The notes: a model not told the origin generated them from the sequence alone. DNA of 64,000 nt from an uncultured Phycisphaerales bacterium (GCA_963758525.1 CAVWVQ010000003.1:2400001-2464000); one strand, 5' to 3'; positions 21,038 to 31,900 are shown, counted from the first letter of the stretch. Program-made: numbers and translations.

Positions 21038-22735
21038 TCAGTTCCGAATCGCCGTCAGCTTGTGCACGCACGTCACCGCCAGCGAGCCGTCGCCGACCGC
21101 GAAACCGACGCGTTTTGTCGATCCGGAGCGGATATCGCCGGCGGCAAGGATGCCGGGGGTCGTGGTTTCCAGCGGGCAGGGCTCGCGGTCCTTCAAGGGC
21201 CAGCGGCCGGATTTGAGGGCGTCCACGCCGGTGAGGATGTAGCCGAGCTTGTCGCGGGCGATGGTGTCGGGGAGCCAGGCGCAGCCGGGGTCGGTGCCGA
21301 TGAACACGAAGGCGGCGCTGACCGGCAGACGCTCTGTGGGCGCACCATTGTGCGGCGTGTCGCTGTCAGCACTGAAGGCGCGCAGCGTCACGCTCTCCAT
21401 CCGGCGTTCGCCGTGCACGGCGGAGATTTCGACGCCTTCGTGAACGACGATGTTCCCCGACGCGAGAATGCGGCTCACGAGGTACTCGGACATGCCAAGC
21501 CCAAGCTTTCGGCGGATCAGCAAATGCACCTTTCGATCGCGACAGCATTCGGAGAGAAACATTGCGGCCTGACCGGCTGAGTTCCCCGCGCCAACGACGG
21601 CAACGTCGAGATCGTTATACAGCATTGCTTCAACCGTCGTGCAGGCGTGGTGAATCCCCGCGGACTCAAATCGCTCGGCTCCTTCGGCCTCCAGCTTGCG
21701 CCAGCGCACGCCGGCGGCGATGAGCACCGTCTTGGCCCGCAGCAAGGTTCCGCAATCTAACTGCAGCAGATGACAATCCCCCGGCGTCGAAGCGGCGGTG
21801 ATGTGCTCAACCTTCACGGGCGCGACCATCTTGGCGCCGAACTTGAGCATCTGCAGGACACTGCGGGTCGCCAGTTCCGCGCCGGTCAGTCCGCTGGGGA
21901 AGCCGATGAAGTTTTCGATTTTCGACGATCCGGCCGCTTGTCCGCCGGGGCCGAGCTTGTCGAGGACGATGGTGCATAGCCCCTCTGACGCGGCATAGAC
22001 AGCCGCGGTCATTCCCGCCGGACCCCCGCCGACGATCGCAAGGTCCACCTGTTCCGAGGGGCAGTGCCTCCATACTCCCGCGCCCTGAGCGAGTTCGCGG
22101 AGGGTGGGGTTGAACAGCAGACGGTCTCGACTGAGTTCGACGACTGGAGACTTTCGCGGCGAGCCCCAGCCCTGCATTAACTTGAGTCCCTGATCGGAGG
22201 TGGAGTCGTACCACGTAAAGGGCACGAAATTCTTGAAGAGGAACTCGCGGACCTGCATGGTGTCGCGGCACTTTCCCGGTCCGACCACCCGCAATCCGAG
22301 CACGCCGGCAGCGGCAAGCAGCCGCCGGCGTTCCTGGAAGGCGATCAGCATTTTTTCCCCGAGCATCGGGACTTTGGTCAGCAACTCGCGAAGCTTGTCG
22401 CCGGGAATGCGGAGCACGCGAGTTTCTCCCCGTGCGACAAAACTGACGATGATCGGCCGGCGCGTGAGCATGTCGATATCGCCGGCAAAATCGCCGGGGC
22501 CGTGCAACACGATGCTTTCGTCGTCGTTGGACGGGTTGAGCACTTCGATTCCGCCGGCCTCCACGACCAGCAGATCGATGTCCGATTCGCCGGCGCGCAT
22601 GATGAACTGGCCATCAGCGAACTCGCAGACGGTGGCCATGGGCCGCAAGGCGGCGAGCTCCGAATCGGTGAGCTTGGGGAAGGCAATCGGGTCGGCGGCG
22701 GATTTGCCAGGAATCTCGATTAGAACGTCGCTCAT
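21038..22735 (-). CDS. cNMP-binding domain / thioredoxin reductase-like FAD-dependent oxidoreductase
   Basis: N-terminal cNMP domain (GPGDFAGD), IVGGGPAG..AASEG, GQAAGSSKIENFIGFP, VVGAGNSAGQAA, AAGDIRSGSTKRV..AVGDG. Confidence 0.9.
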   Translation of the reverse strand: MSDVLIEIPGKSAADPIAFPKLTDSELAALRPMATVCEFADGQFIMRAGESDIDLLVVEAGGIEVLNPSNDDESIVLHGPGDFAGDIDMLTRRPIIVSFVARGETRVLRIPGDKLRELLTKVPMLGEKMLIAFQERRRLLAAAGVLGLRVVGPGKCRDTMQVREFLFKNFVPFTWYDSTSDQGLKLMQGWGSPRKSPVVELSRDRLLFNPTLRELAQGAGVWRHCPSEQVDLAIVGGGPAGMTAAVYAASEGLCTIVLDKLGPGGQAAGSSKIENFIGFPSGLTGAELATRSVLQMLKFGAKMVAPVKVEHITAASTPGDCHLLQLDCGTLLRAKTVLIAAGVRWRKLEAEGAERFESAGIHHACTTVEAMLYNDLDVAVVGAGNSAGQAAMFLSECCRDRKVHLLIRRKLGLGMSEYLVSRILASGNIVVHEGVEISAVHGERRMESVTLRAFSADSDTPHNGAPTERLPVSAAFVFIGTDPGCAWLPDTIARDKLGYILTGVDALKSGRWPLKDREPCPLETTTPGILAAGDIRSGSTKRVGFAVGDGSLAVTCVHKLTAIRN

Positions 22736-22753
22736 GGCGGTATTGTAGTCTCG

Positions 22754-22990
22754 CTATCGAATTGAAGACTGGTTTCTTGTGGGCACGGGCATCCCGCCCG
22801 TGTTGTCTTCGCTCATGCCGGTCTTCGCAAAATCGGCGCGAATGGGGGCCAGCAGCTCGTCGATTGTGGGCTTGGTCACCGTATCCGCGACGAGTCTAGC
22901 GGTGTATGCGGGCACAGACTGCCCGCTGACGGCCGCACGCTTCTCAAGCCGTGCTGCCACATCGTCGGGGATCGAAATAGTCATATCCAT
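22754..22990 (-). CDS. Ribbon-helix-helix/CopG-like putative antitoxin, C-terminus probably truncated by a REP
   Basis: MDMTISIPDDVAARLEKRAAVSGQSV..DELLAPIRADFAKTGMSED with a GAGGAG RBS. The tail runs into the palindrome GGCACGGGCATCCCGCCCGTG (22779-22802). Confidence 0.6.
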   Translation of the reverse strand: MDMTISIPDDVAARLEKRAAVSGQSVPAYTARLVADTVTKPTIDELLAPIRADFAKTGMSEDNTGGMPVPTRNQSSIR

Positions 22991-23261
22991 GCGAGCTCCT
23001 CTCGCAAAATTATATCACAAAATCATGCCGCTGAGCATTCTTCAGGCGGCGGGTCGTCGGGCAGATGACCACGGCGCGCGCCCGCACGCCGCGTGAGTTG
23101 CCCGTGCCAGAAGAAAAATGCCCCAAGCACGCAAAGTGACAGGCCTCCGGTGTTGCAACTGTTTCAATGCCGGCTTTTGAAGCATCCCGCGGCATACCAG
23201 CCAAAAAAGCGTTCCAATCACAAGTTTAGAATTTGGCGGGGAATACGAATCGAACATGTTT

Positions 23262-23277
23262 TGGCACGTCGTGCGCT
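23262..23277 (+). promoter_or_regulatory. Putative sigma54 -24/-12 promoter
   Basis: TGGCACGTCGTGCGCT = GG-N10-GC, about 40 nt upstream of the hydrolase start. Confidence 0.6.
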
Positions 23278-23317
23278 ATGCGTTCGCACGAGCTTTTTGA
23301 GTCAAGAGAGGAGCGTC

Positions 23318-23997
23318 ATGGACAAGAACGCCACGGTAACCGTGCGGGCCGAGCCCTATGAGTATGAATTTGTGCCGGCCAAGTGCGCGCTGCTGATCAT
23401 CGACATGCAGCGAGACTTCCTGGAGCCGGGGGGATTTGGAGAAATGCTGGGGAATGACGTTTCCCAATTGCGGCGAACGATCGAGCCAAACAAAAAATTG
23501 CTGGCGGCTTGGCGCAAGGCGGGGCTTCAAGTCATGCACACACGTGAAGGGCATCGGCCGGATCTCACGGATCTGCCGCCGGCCAAGAAGGTGCGCGGCG
23601 CAGCGCGACTTGCATAGGAGACGCGGGTCCGATGGGACGCATCCTCGTCCGCGGCGAGGCGGGACACGACATTATCCCTGAACTTTACCCGCTCCCGACT
23701 GAGCCGGTGATCGACAAGCCTGGCAAGGGGGCGTTCTTCGCCACCGACTTGCAGGCGATTCTCAATAACCGCGGAATAACCCATCTGATCGTAACTGGTG
23801 TCACGACTGAGGTCTGCGTCAACACCACCGTTCGCGAGGCCAATGATCGCGGCTATGAATGTCTGATCCCCGAGGATTGCGTCGGTTCTTACTTTCCGCA
23901 GTTTCAGGAAATGGGGCTCAAGATGATCAAAGCCCAGGGCGGGATATTCGGGTGGGTCACCAACTCTTCTCAGATTCTCGATGCCATCAACAGTTAG
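23318..23997 (+). CDS. trtA: Isochorismatase-family cysteine hydrolase, triuret hydrolase-like (frameshift near 23605)
   Basis: [84 protein letters not shown]. These are TrtA-type residues rather than BiuH-type (GYVD, GITTDVC). Confidence 0.78.
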
Positions 23998-24114
23998 ACG
24001 ACCATGCACGACCGAGTGTCATCCTCTCAACATTTAGCGGCTGTCCCATGGGCAGCATGTCGTTCGGAATGGACGCGTACTCGCGCCCATTCATCCATTT
24101 AAAAGGAACTTGTC

Positions 24115-25746
24115 ATGAGCACGCTCGAAGCTTCTCCATCATCAGACTTTAAGCCCAAGTTATGGGTGCCGGGAGACTGGAACGCGTTCTTCGGATTTGG
24201 AACCAACATCCTGGTCAACCTGCTGACGCTCAGCGCCCTGCTGCTGTTCGTGCTGCAGATGCCGCCGGACATGGTGTTCAAACGCATTCTTCCCGCCGCG
24301 GGCATGATGATGTGCATGAGCACGATGTATTACGCCTGGCTGGCGTATCGTCTGGCGAAAAAGACAGGGCGATCGGATGTGTGCGCGCTCCCCTCCGGCA
24401 TCAGCGTGCCGCACATGTTCATTGTGACATTCGTCATCATGCTTCCCGTGAAGCTTGCTACAGGCGATCCCGTGAAGGGATGGCAGGCGGGTCTTACCTG
24501 GGTGTTCATCCAGAGCTTCGTGCTGATGCTCGGCGGCTACATCGCGCCGATCGTCCGAAAGATCACGCCGAAGGCTGCTCTGCTCGGCGCGCTGGCGGGC
24601 GTATCCATCACCTTCATTTCGATGAAGCCCGCGCTTGAAATGTATATGACGCCGGTGATTGGCGTCGTCTGTTTTTCGATCATTCTCGTGAGCTGGTTCG
24701 GTGGCGTGAAGTTTGGCGGGATCCCCGCCGGGCTGGTTGCCATCGCGGGCGGTATGCTGCTGGCGTGGGGATCGACGCTTCTGCCCGAGGCGTATCACAT
24801 CGGCGGGATGAGCGCCGAAGGCCTCAAGGCGTCGTTCAAGACCTTCGGATTCCATGGACCGCTGCCGACTGTTGGCTTGGTGCTGGGTGGATTGCACTGG
24901 AGCTTCCTCAAGACGATTCTCGTCACCGCTATTCCCTTCGGCATTTATGACCTGGTGGAAGCGATGGACAACGTCGTCAGCGCTGGCGCTGCCGGCGATG
25001 AATATCCGACCACCCGCGTGCTGACCGCCGACGGCGTGGTCAGCCTGATCGGCTGCCTGATGGGCAACCCATACATCAACGCCGTTTACATCGGCCATCC
25101 CGGCTGGAAAGCGATGGGCGGCCGCATCGGCTATTCCGCGGCCACGGGGGTCATGGTCATCATCCTCTCCTGGTTCGGGATCATCTCGCTGATGACCGCC
25201 ATCATTCCGGTCGTCGCGATTTCGCCGATCCTGCTCTACATCGGTATGCTCATTGGCTCGCAAGCCTTCCAGGAAAATCCGCGACGCCACGCTCCGGCAG
25301 TCGTTGCGGCCCTGGTTCCCTCCATCGCGGCGTGGGGCAAGCTGATGATTGATAACTCGCTGGGCGCGGTGGCGGGCATCCACAGCGTAACTCCAGAGAT
25401 GATCGCCTCAATGGCCCAGACCGGCGTGCTTTACAAAGGGCTCAGCGTGCTCGGGGGCGGCTCGATCCTGGCTGGTGTGGTGCTCGGCGCGATGGTCACC
25501 TTCATCATCGAGCGCGAATTCCTCAAGTCGGCCGGATTCGCGGCAGCAGGCGCCGTCCTCAGCTTCCTCGGACTCATGCACGGGGAAGCTGTCGGACTCG
25601 GGCAGTCTCCGACGGTGGTGGCGGCATATCTGATCGTCAGTGGCGTGCTGCTGGGCTGCCACATGTTCGCGGATGTGCCGGCCGTCTCTCCCGCGGAAGA
25701 AGAAGAGGAACAGGCCGGCGAAGGGGAGCTCGTGCCGGCGACGTAA
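24115..25746 (+). CDS. NCS2/AzgA-like nucleobase-type permease
   Basis: Polytopic membrane protein with GDWNAFFGFG, ALPSGISVPH, P.AALLGALAG, YDLVEAMDNV.SA.AAGD.Y, VYIGHPGWKAMGGR.GYS. Confidence 0.88.
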   Translation: MSTLEASPSSDFKPKLWVPGDWNAFFGFGTNILVNLLTLSALLLFVLQMPPDMVFKRILPAAGMMMCMSTMYYAWLAYRLAKKTGRSDVCALPSGISVPHMFIVTFVIMLPVKLATGDPVKGWQAGLTWVFIQSFVLMLGGYIAPIVRKITPKAALLGALAGVSITFISMKPALEMYMTPVIGVVCFSIILVSWFGGVKFGGIPAGLVAIAGGMLLAWGSTLLPEAYHIGGMSAEGLKASFKTFGFHGPLPTVGLVLGGLHWSFLKTILVTAIPFGIYDLVEAMDNVVSAGAAGDEYPTTRVLTADGVVSLIGCLMGNPYINAVYIGHPGWKAMGGRIGYSAATGVMVIILSWFGIISLMTAIIPVVAISPILLYIGMLIGSQAFQENPRRHAPAVVAALVPSIAAWGKLMIDNSLGAVAGIHSVTPEMIASMAQTGVLYKGLSVLGGGSILAGVVLGAMVTFIIEREFLKSAGFAAAGAVLSFLGLMHGEAVGLGQSPTVVAAYLIVSGVLLGCHMFADVPAVSPAEEEEEQAGEGELVPAT

Positions 25747-25780
25747 AATCGAAATTGCCGTTCACTGTTCTCGACAAGAG

Positions 25781-25817
25781 CTGCAAGCTCCACGTTTCTG
25801 TGGAGCTTGCAGTCTTT
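25781..25817. terminator. Intrinsic (possibly bidirectional) terminator between convergent genes
   Basis: Perfect 13-bp stem CTGCAAGCTCCAC/GTGGAGCTTGCAG followed by TCTTT. Confidence 0.75.
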
Positions 25818-25865
25818 AATGCTCTGATTTTGTACGGTTGACCGTTATGGGATGGAGACAGGTCG

Positions 25866-26285
25866 TCATGGTTTGGCTGAGAGATCGAAGCTCCCTGCCG
25901 GCACGTTGCCCGAGAGCAGGAACACCTGCACCATCGTGCCGCTGGTGAAGACCTGAACGACCGCGCCGGACGCGGGGTCCACTTCCGCGGCCGCCTCGCG
26001 CACGTCCATCCCGGTAATCCGTCTGATTTCTTCGCGCAGCGTTGCCGACGCGCTCAGAAATAACTGCCGATGAAACTCCTGCACCTTGGCTGCGCCATCC
26101 GCGCTCTGCGCCATCGCCTGTTCGGCCGGAGACAACGCGCCGTGCAGCGTGACCACCAGCGTATCCCCGCTGAGCACAACGCTGACCGATTTAGGCTCGT
26201 GGCCGGTCCGCGCCTGCTGGAACGCGGTTGCGGCCTGGGCAATTTGCTCTGCCATTGTTTGTTTGGAATGCTGCGTCACATTCAA
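25866..26285 (-). CDS. DUF2294 (MpsC-like) protein
   Basis: MAEQIAQAATAFQQARTGHEPKSVSVVLSGDTLVVTLHGALSPAE..EFHRQLF..IRRITG..GTMVQVFLL. Confidence 0.85.
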   Translation of the reverse strand: MNVTQHSKQTMAEQIAQAATAFQQARTGHEPKSVSVVLSGDTLVVTLHGALSPAEQAMAQSADGAAKVQEFHRQLFLSASATLREEIRRITGMDVREAAAEVDPASGAVVQVFTSGTMVQVFLLSGNVPAGSFDLSAKP

Positions 26286-26306
26286 ACCCCGTCTTCGCGA
26301 AGTGCG

Positions 26307-26420
26307 AAAAAAAACCGACGTGCTTCAACACCGCTGAGGTGCTCAATCACGCCGGATTACTCTGCAACAAGCCCCCCGACTGCGCGGGTTGCCTTTTATT
26401 TAGTCGTCCGACGACTGTAG
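26307..26420 (-). ncRNA. Candidate cis-regulatory leader RNA (attenuator/riboswitch) with intrinsic terminator
   Basis: On the minus strand: hairpin AGUCGU-cgg-ACGACU, stem GCAAC-CC..GG-..GUUGC, then terminator CCGGCGUG..CACC-ucagc-GGUG..CACGUCGG-U8 about 20 nt before the DUF2294 start. Confidence 0.6.
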
Positions 26421-26507
26421 ATATTGCCCATTTGGCGGGCCTTTTCAGGTCGGCCTGCTTGTAACCCTACCCCTGTAACTCTGGAATAGCAATAAGTAAT
26501 ATAGCAG

Positions 26508-26888
26508 CTATCTTCGTTTTGCTTCACGGAAGACAGGCAATCCAGCCAGAGTGAACAAAACGACCTCCTCGCCGGTCACGGTGCTGATGTCGTGATGCAG
26601 ACTCATCGATTTATTGCCGGTGATGCTCTCCACCATCGCCTCCATGGTGGGCCGTGCGATTTCGATCAACTGGCTGCGCACCTGCTTCAGCAGATCTCTG
26701 CCTTTCTCGGGCGGGAGCGTTTTCACCAGGTGCTGCTCCGCGGCGGTCAGAACGCCGGTCAGTCGGACGACAATCAGGTTATCGATCAGGTGGGCGCGAA
26801 CGTCCTTGGGGCCTCGCCCCATGTATTCCTGTTCAAAACGGCTCATGCCCTCTGCAATAGCGCTCTCGATTTCGCCCTGAGTCTTCAT
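26508..26888 (-). CDS. DUF2294 (MpsC-like) protein
   Basis: MKTQGEIESAIAEGMSRFEQEYMGRGPKDVRAHL..VRLTGVLTAAEQHL..GRDLLKQVR..SLHHDISTVTGEEVVLFTL. Confidence 0.9.
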   Translation of the reverse strand: MKTQGEIESAIAEGMSRFEQEYMGRGPKDVRAHLIDNLIVVRLTGVLTAAEQHLVKTLPPEKGRDLLKQVRSQLIEIARPTMEAMVESITGNKSMSLHHDISTVTGEEVVLFTLAGLPVFREAKRR

Positions 26889-27009
26889 CAGGAAAAGGAG
26901 TATACCATGCAACTAGACATCGCTGGTGATTTCCCTTTGATCCCGGAAATGGACGGGAAGCGCTACGAGCTTTATTCAGACGGCACATTCGCCGAGGTCG
27001 ACCGTTAGA

Positions 27010-28611
27010 TCAGCTCAAATGCCGCAATTGCCGCTTGGGAAGTCGACCGACTGGCGTCGAGCGGCGGGCGGATATCGCAGCCTCCGGCAACCAGGGCCGG
27101 AGAAAATCGGGGCAGTCGCTTCGGCCGCCACGCTGGTAGTCGTTCCAAAGGGTCTGCGCAATCAGGGCCGGATCGAGATGCGCTTCGTTGCGCAGATAAG
27201 TGGCCACGGACTCAGCAAGATGTTGCAGGGAAATGCCATGCTGGCGGCCGAACTTCCGGGAGAGCCAGTCGCTGAAGTTGAGAAAATGGTGGAAGGGAGA
27301 GCCGCTGGTCCAGAGGAGCGGCGTGGTGTCGATGAAGTTGCCGCTGTTGGCAACCAGGTCCCAATAGCGCGAGAACCGGCGGAGGCGCTGCATGGTCGGG
27401 AAGTCGATGCTCGCGGTTTGCAGGATTTCATAGGGGGGAGTCGGACTGTAGACCATGCCCCACTGGGCATCGTGACGCACGATCGGGGTGCCGCGGAGGC
27501 GCTTCAGCAGGCCGACCTGGATCTCGTGGGGGGCGAGGCGGATCAGTCGATCGAAGCCGACGCCGAAGCTTTCGAGGTCTTCGCCGGGAAGGCCGACGAT
27601 CAGATCGGCGTGGATGTAGACGCCGGTTTCCTTGCGAAGAAAACGCAGGTTCTCTTCGACTTTGGCGTTGTCCTGACGGCGGCTGATTCTTGCCGCGACG
27701 TCGTCATTGAATGTCTGAATTCCCACTTCGAACTGTAGCGCGCCGCGCGGGAACCGTGCGATCGGCTCTCGCAACGCGCTGGGCAGGCGATCGGGGATCA
27801 TCTCGAAGTGCAGAAACAAGCCGGGCTCGTAACGCTCGTGAAAGAATTCCAGAATCGCGCGGCCAATCGAGAGATTGAGGTTGAACGTGCGGTCGACGAA
27901 TTTGAAGCGGCGGAGTCCGCGATCGAGCAGGCGCTGCATCTGCGCCAGGAACAAGTCAACTGGCACGTTCCGCACGGGAACGTCGAGCGAGGAGAGACAG
28001 AACTCGCAGCGAAACGGGCAGCCGCGCGAGGCTTCGACGTAGACCACGCGATGAGCCAGGTCCTGTTCGTCGTACAAGTCGTACGGCAGGGCGAGCTGCG
28101 TAAACTGCGGGAGCGAGGCCGCTATGATTTTGCGCTCGGGGCGCTCGCCATCGAGCAGTCGCTGACAGAGTTCCGCGAACGCGAGGTCCGCTTCGCCGGT
28201 GACGACGTAATCGGCAAGGCGGACAATTTCCTGCTGATCCGTTTCGTGGCTGACTTCCGGCCCGCCAAGAACGACGAGCACGTCGGGGCGGATACGTTTC
28301 AGATCGGCCACTAGCTGCGTGGCCGGGGCGACGTTCCAGATGTAGACGCCGATTCCCACGACTTTCGGATCGAACGCGAGAATTTTTTCGAGGATGTCGA
28401 CCGACCGCTGGCTGACGTCAAACTCAGCGAGCGACGCCCGTGCGCGCAGCGGGCCAAGGTTGGCCAGCAAATATCGCAAGCCGAACGCGGCATGAGCGTA
28501 CTTGGCGTTGAGGGTGGTGAGGACGATGTCCCGTTGACTGCAATCGCCGTCCATCCCCGTTTTTTGAGATGACTGTTCGCAATGGGGAGTTGTCGCGAGT
28601 ATGTCCGGCAC
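27010..28611 (-). CDS. B12-binding radical SAM protein (DUF4080-type)
   Basis: [37 protein letters not shown] (CxxxCxxC), [18 protein letters not shown]. Confidence 0.92.
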   Translation of the reverse strand: MPDILATTPHCEQSSQKTGMDGDCSQRDIVLTTLNAKYAHAAFGLRYLLANLGPLRARASLAEFDVSQRSVDILEKILAFDPKVVGIGVYIWNVAPATQLVADLKRIRPDVLVVLGGPEVSHETDQQEIVRLADYVVTGEADLAFAELCQRLLDGERPERKIIAASLPQFTQLALPYDLYDEQDLAHRVVYVEASRGCPFRCEFCLSSLDVPVRNVPVDLFLAQMQRLLDRGLRRFKFVDRTFNLNLSIGRAILEFFHERYEPGLFLHFEMIPDRLPSALREPIARFPRGALQFEVGIQTFNDDVAARISRRQDNAKVEENLRFLRKETGVYIHADLIVGLPGEDLESFGVGFDRLIRLAPHEIQVGLLKRLRGTPIVRHDAQWGMVYSPTPPYEILQTASIDFPTMQRLRRFSRYWDLVANSGNFIDTTPLLWTSGSPFHHFLNFSDWLSRKFGRQHGISLQHLAESVATYLRNEAHLDPALIAQTLWNDYQRGGRSDCPDFLRPWLPEAAISARRSTPVGRLPKRQLRHLS

Positions 28612-28906
28612 ACGGGAAAGTATAGTGAGATTTTATGAGCGGTGCATTGGAAACCCCCGGTATGCGCACGGAGTCCGGCGACAAATCGCTCGGCCCTGCC
28701 TGGCGCGACTTCGATAAGCCCTGCCGCGTTCGGCAGTGCGCTTACTGCTTTTGATGACTGCGCGAGGAGATATTTCACGTTCGCAGTCGAACCTGGAAGT
28801 CGAGCGATTGCGTGGGAATTTCCAGCCTCCCGCCAGCGCGGAGCCGAGCGACTTATCGCCGGACCCCGTGCGCCCGTCATTTGCGGATTCGAGCGGCGCG
28901 GGACGC

Positions 28907-31900
28907 TCAATTCGGGCATCCGATGTACACAAACGGCGCCCAGAAAAACGGCTCCGGCCGTTTCGCGCGCAGCTCCTTGCGAACCTCCACAAACGCCTGC
29001 AACGGCGTTGCGTTTTGCAGGCGCTGATACAAATGCCCCATCATTTGCGCGGTGCTGGCGTCGTCCACTTCCCAAAGGCTCGCAATCACCGCCGGGCTGC
29101 CCGCGTACATGAAACCCCACGGCAGACCGAAGACGCCCTCGCCTCCCGATGTATCGCGGCTGTCGCCGACGCTGTCGCAGGCGCTGAGCACCACCAACTG
29201 CGCATCGGCCAGCTTGCCCCACCAATTATCAAACAAATCCGCCAACGTGAGGAAGCCGGTGTCCTGCTGTGTTGGCACCATCGGCTCGGTCAGCGCGACG
29301 CTGCTATACACTGCCCGGTCGCCATGCTCCATCAGGCCATGCGTCGCCAGATGCACATAGCGAGCGCCAGCCGCGGCAGAGGACAGCCGCTGGTTGGTGG
29401 CGTCTTCTCCCAGCAGCACCACGATGGATCCGGGTGTATCACCGGGAACCTGCGCCGCGTAAGAATGACCAGCCAGCGTCTGGTAGATCGTCTCCACTTC
29501 CACCCGCGTCCCCGGCAGCGATGGCAGCGCGCCGTTCGCGTAGCCTCCACGCAGCGCGCTTGCCATCTCCGATCCCACATCGGGAACGTGGCCGGCGCTG
29601 GCAACGGCGTGTCCTTGAGCACTCTGCGCCGTGATTCCCACTTTTCCGTCCAGCGGCATCGCGGGACTCAGCCATTGCCCGTCGCGCCAGAATCGAATGA
29701 TCGGCATGGGAAGGCTCGGATCGTCGGCATGGGCCAGGAGCAGTTGAGCCCGCGCCTGCTGGAACTGTTCCATTGAAATGACGCGGTGGCCGTCGAGCGA
29801 GACAATCACGCAGCCGGGCGCGAGCCCGATTCGCTGGCCGATGGACCCGGGTTTCACGTCATTGACGAGGACTCCCTGAGCCGGCGCCGCGACGACTGGC
29901 TGCGCCCTGCGCTGAAAAATCCCATCCCCCAGCAACACCGCCTGACGGGATGGCCCATGCCCGGCGGCGAATCGCTCCACTTGCTCCCGATGCGCTTTGA
30001 GCCGATTGACCAGCACCGTCGCCGACGGCCCATACGCCAGCGGCGGGCCGTCATCCAGCCAGTAGTGACGCTGGGCAACGCTCTCCGTCGACACGGGCGC
30101 TGACACCAGCAGCGTTTCCAGGGGCAAGCGGTCCAGGGCGCCATCGGGAACGACGTATGTTAATTCTGCCGGCCGAAGTTGGTCCCAGACATCCTTCGGC
30201 ACCAGCGCCTGAAACAGCTCATATCCCAGGTTGGTTTGAGATGGCTGAGTCGCAGCCTGCGCGCGCTCCTCCGGCGCAAGCCTCGCGCCTCGCACCGACT
30301 GGCCCTCGCGCAGGATGGTGGACAGATATCGGATCACCGCCTCCCGCAGTGAAGCGGCATCGACATTTCTGCCATCCGCCCAGTGCAAGGGTCGGCCGAT
30401 GATCGGGGCGCCCGGCGGACCGACGAGAAATACATCTGCCCCGACATCCGAGACACTGAAGACCAACATTCGCTGCGACGGCCCGAGCGACGCTTGAATC
30501 TGATCGGCCGACAGCGGCTTGATGTCGGCCGCGCCGTGCTCGGCGGCGAGGTTGTACACCACGCGCTGTGCCGCCAGGCAGGCGTCCTCGTCGCTGCCCA
30601 GTGCTTTCTCGCAATCCGCCAGGCGTGACGCCTCGGCTGAATTGCCGATCAACTTGTTGAGGATGGCCCGCGTCTGCGCCATGCGATCCTCCGCGGCGGC
30701 AAAGTCCGCCTGCGCCTGGTCGATCTGTGCAACCAGCGCCAAATCGCCCGAGGCCTGCGCCTTTTTTCTCGCGGCTCCCAGCACGTCGCCGCCCTGCAAG
30801 CGGTCGCCCCGCTCAAGCGTATCCAGCAAGCTGCGGCTTCTGCCTCGCTCAAGATATTCCAGCGCCAGATCCGCGCGTCCAAGCTGCAGTTGCGCCGTCA
30901 CCATTCCCCGGAATGGCCCCAGCTTCTGCTCGGCAAGGCTGAAGAACTTCATTCGATCCTGATCCGTGCCGCCAAATGACAATCGCACCTGCTCGAGCCC
31001 TTCGATGGCAGTTTTGAATGATTCCACGGCCTTTTCCGGTTGCCGCTGGTCCAGTTGCAGCCGGCCGAGCTGACTGGCGTATCGACACCCCTCCACGGCG
31101 TGCAGCCGCTGCGCGATGGACAGGGCTTGCGCGAGGTCAGCGGCGGCCTCCGAGTTACGGCCAAGCGCCTCCAGGGTGACGGCCATATTGCTCAGCGCCA
31201 TCGCCACGCCCGGATGGTCACTTTTTCCAAGAAGCCGCTGCACGATGGCAAGCGATTGCTCGTGTACGGGCAATGCTTCTTTTGGGCGGCCAAGTTCATC
31301 CAGGCAATAGCCAATATTGCCCATGGCCAGGGCCAGGCCGGGAACCTCGGTGCCGCCGGCGAGTCGTTGTCCCATCGCAAGGGCTTCCTGGAATTTCGCC
31401 AGCGCTTCCTCCGTGCGGCCGACGTTGTGCAGGCAGCACGCAAGATTGTTCAGGCCGACCGCCATTTCGGCATTGTCCTTTTTGCCGCACAGCCGGTACC
31501 CCATCGCCATCGCCTGCTCCATTTTCGGCAATGCCTCATCAAAGCGGCCAAGAGCCTGCAGGCACATGGCAAGGTCTTCCAGTCCCAGTGCCGTGTCGCC
31601 GGTATCGCTATCACCATAGAGACGATGCTCAATGGCAAGGGCCTGCTCAATTTTGGGGTATGCTTCCGCCGCGCGGCCAAAACCCTCCAGGATCTGGGCC
31701 AGAAGCACCAGGCTTCTGGCCACTTCGATATCGTCCTTTCCGCCACTGAGCCGCTGGCACATCGCCAGTGCCTGCTCAGCTTTGGGCAGTGCGTCCGCGC
31801 GGTGGCCCAATACAAACAGCAGCAGCGACACATTCCTCAGACTTTGCGCTACGGCAATGTTGTCCTTATCACCGGCAATTCGTTGCCGAATACCCAAAAC

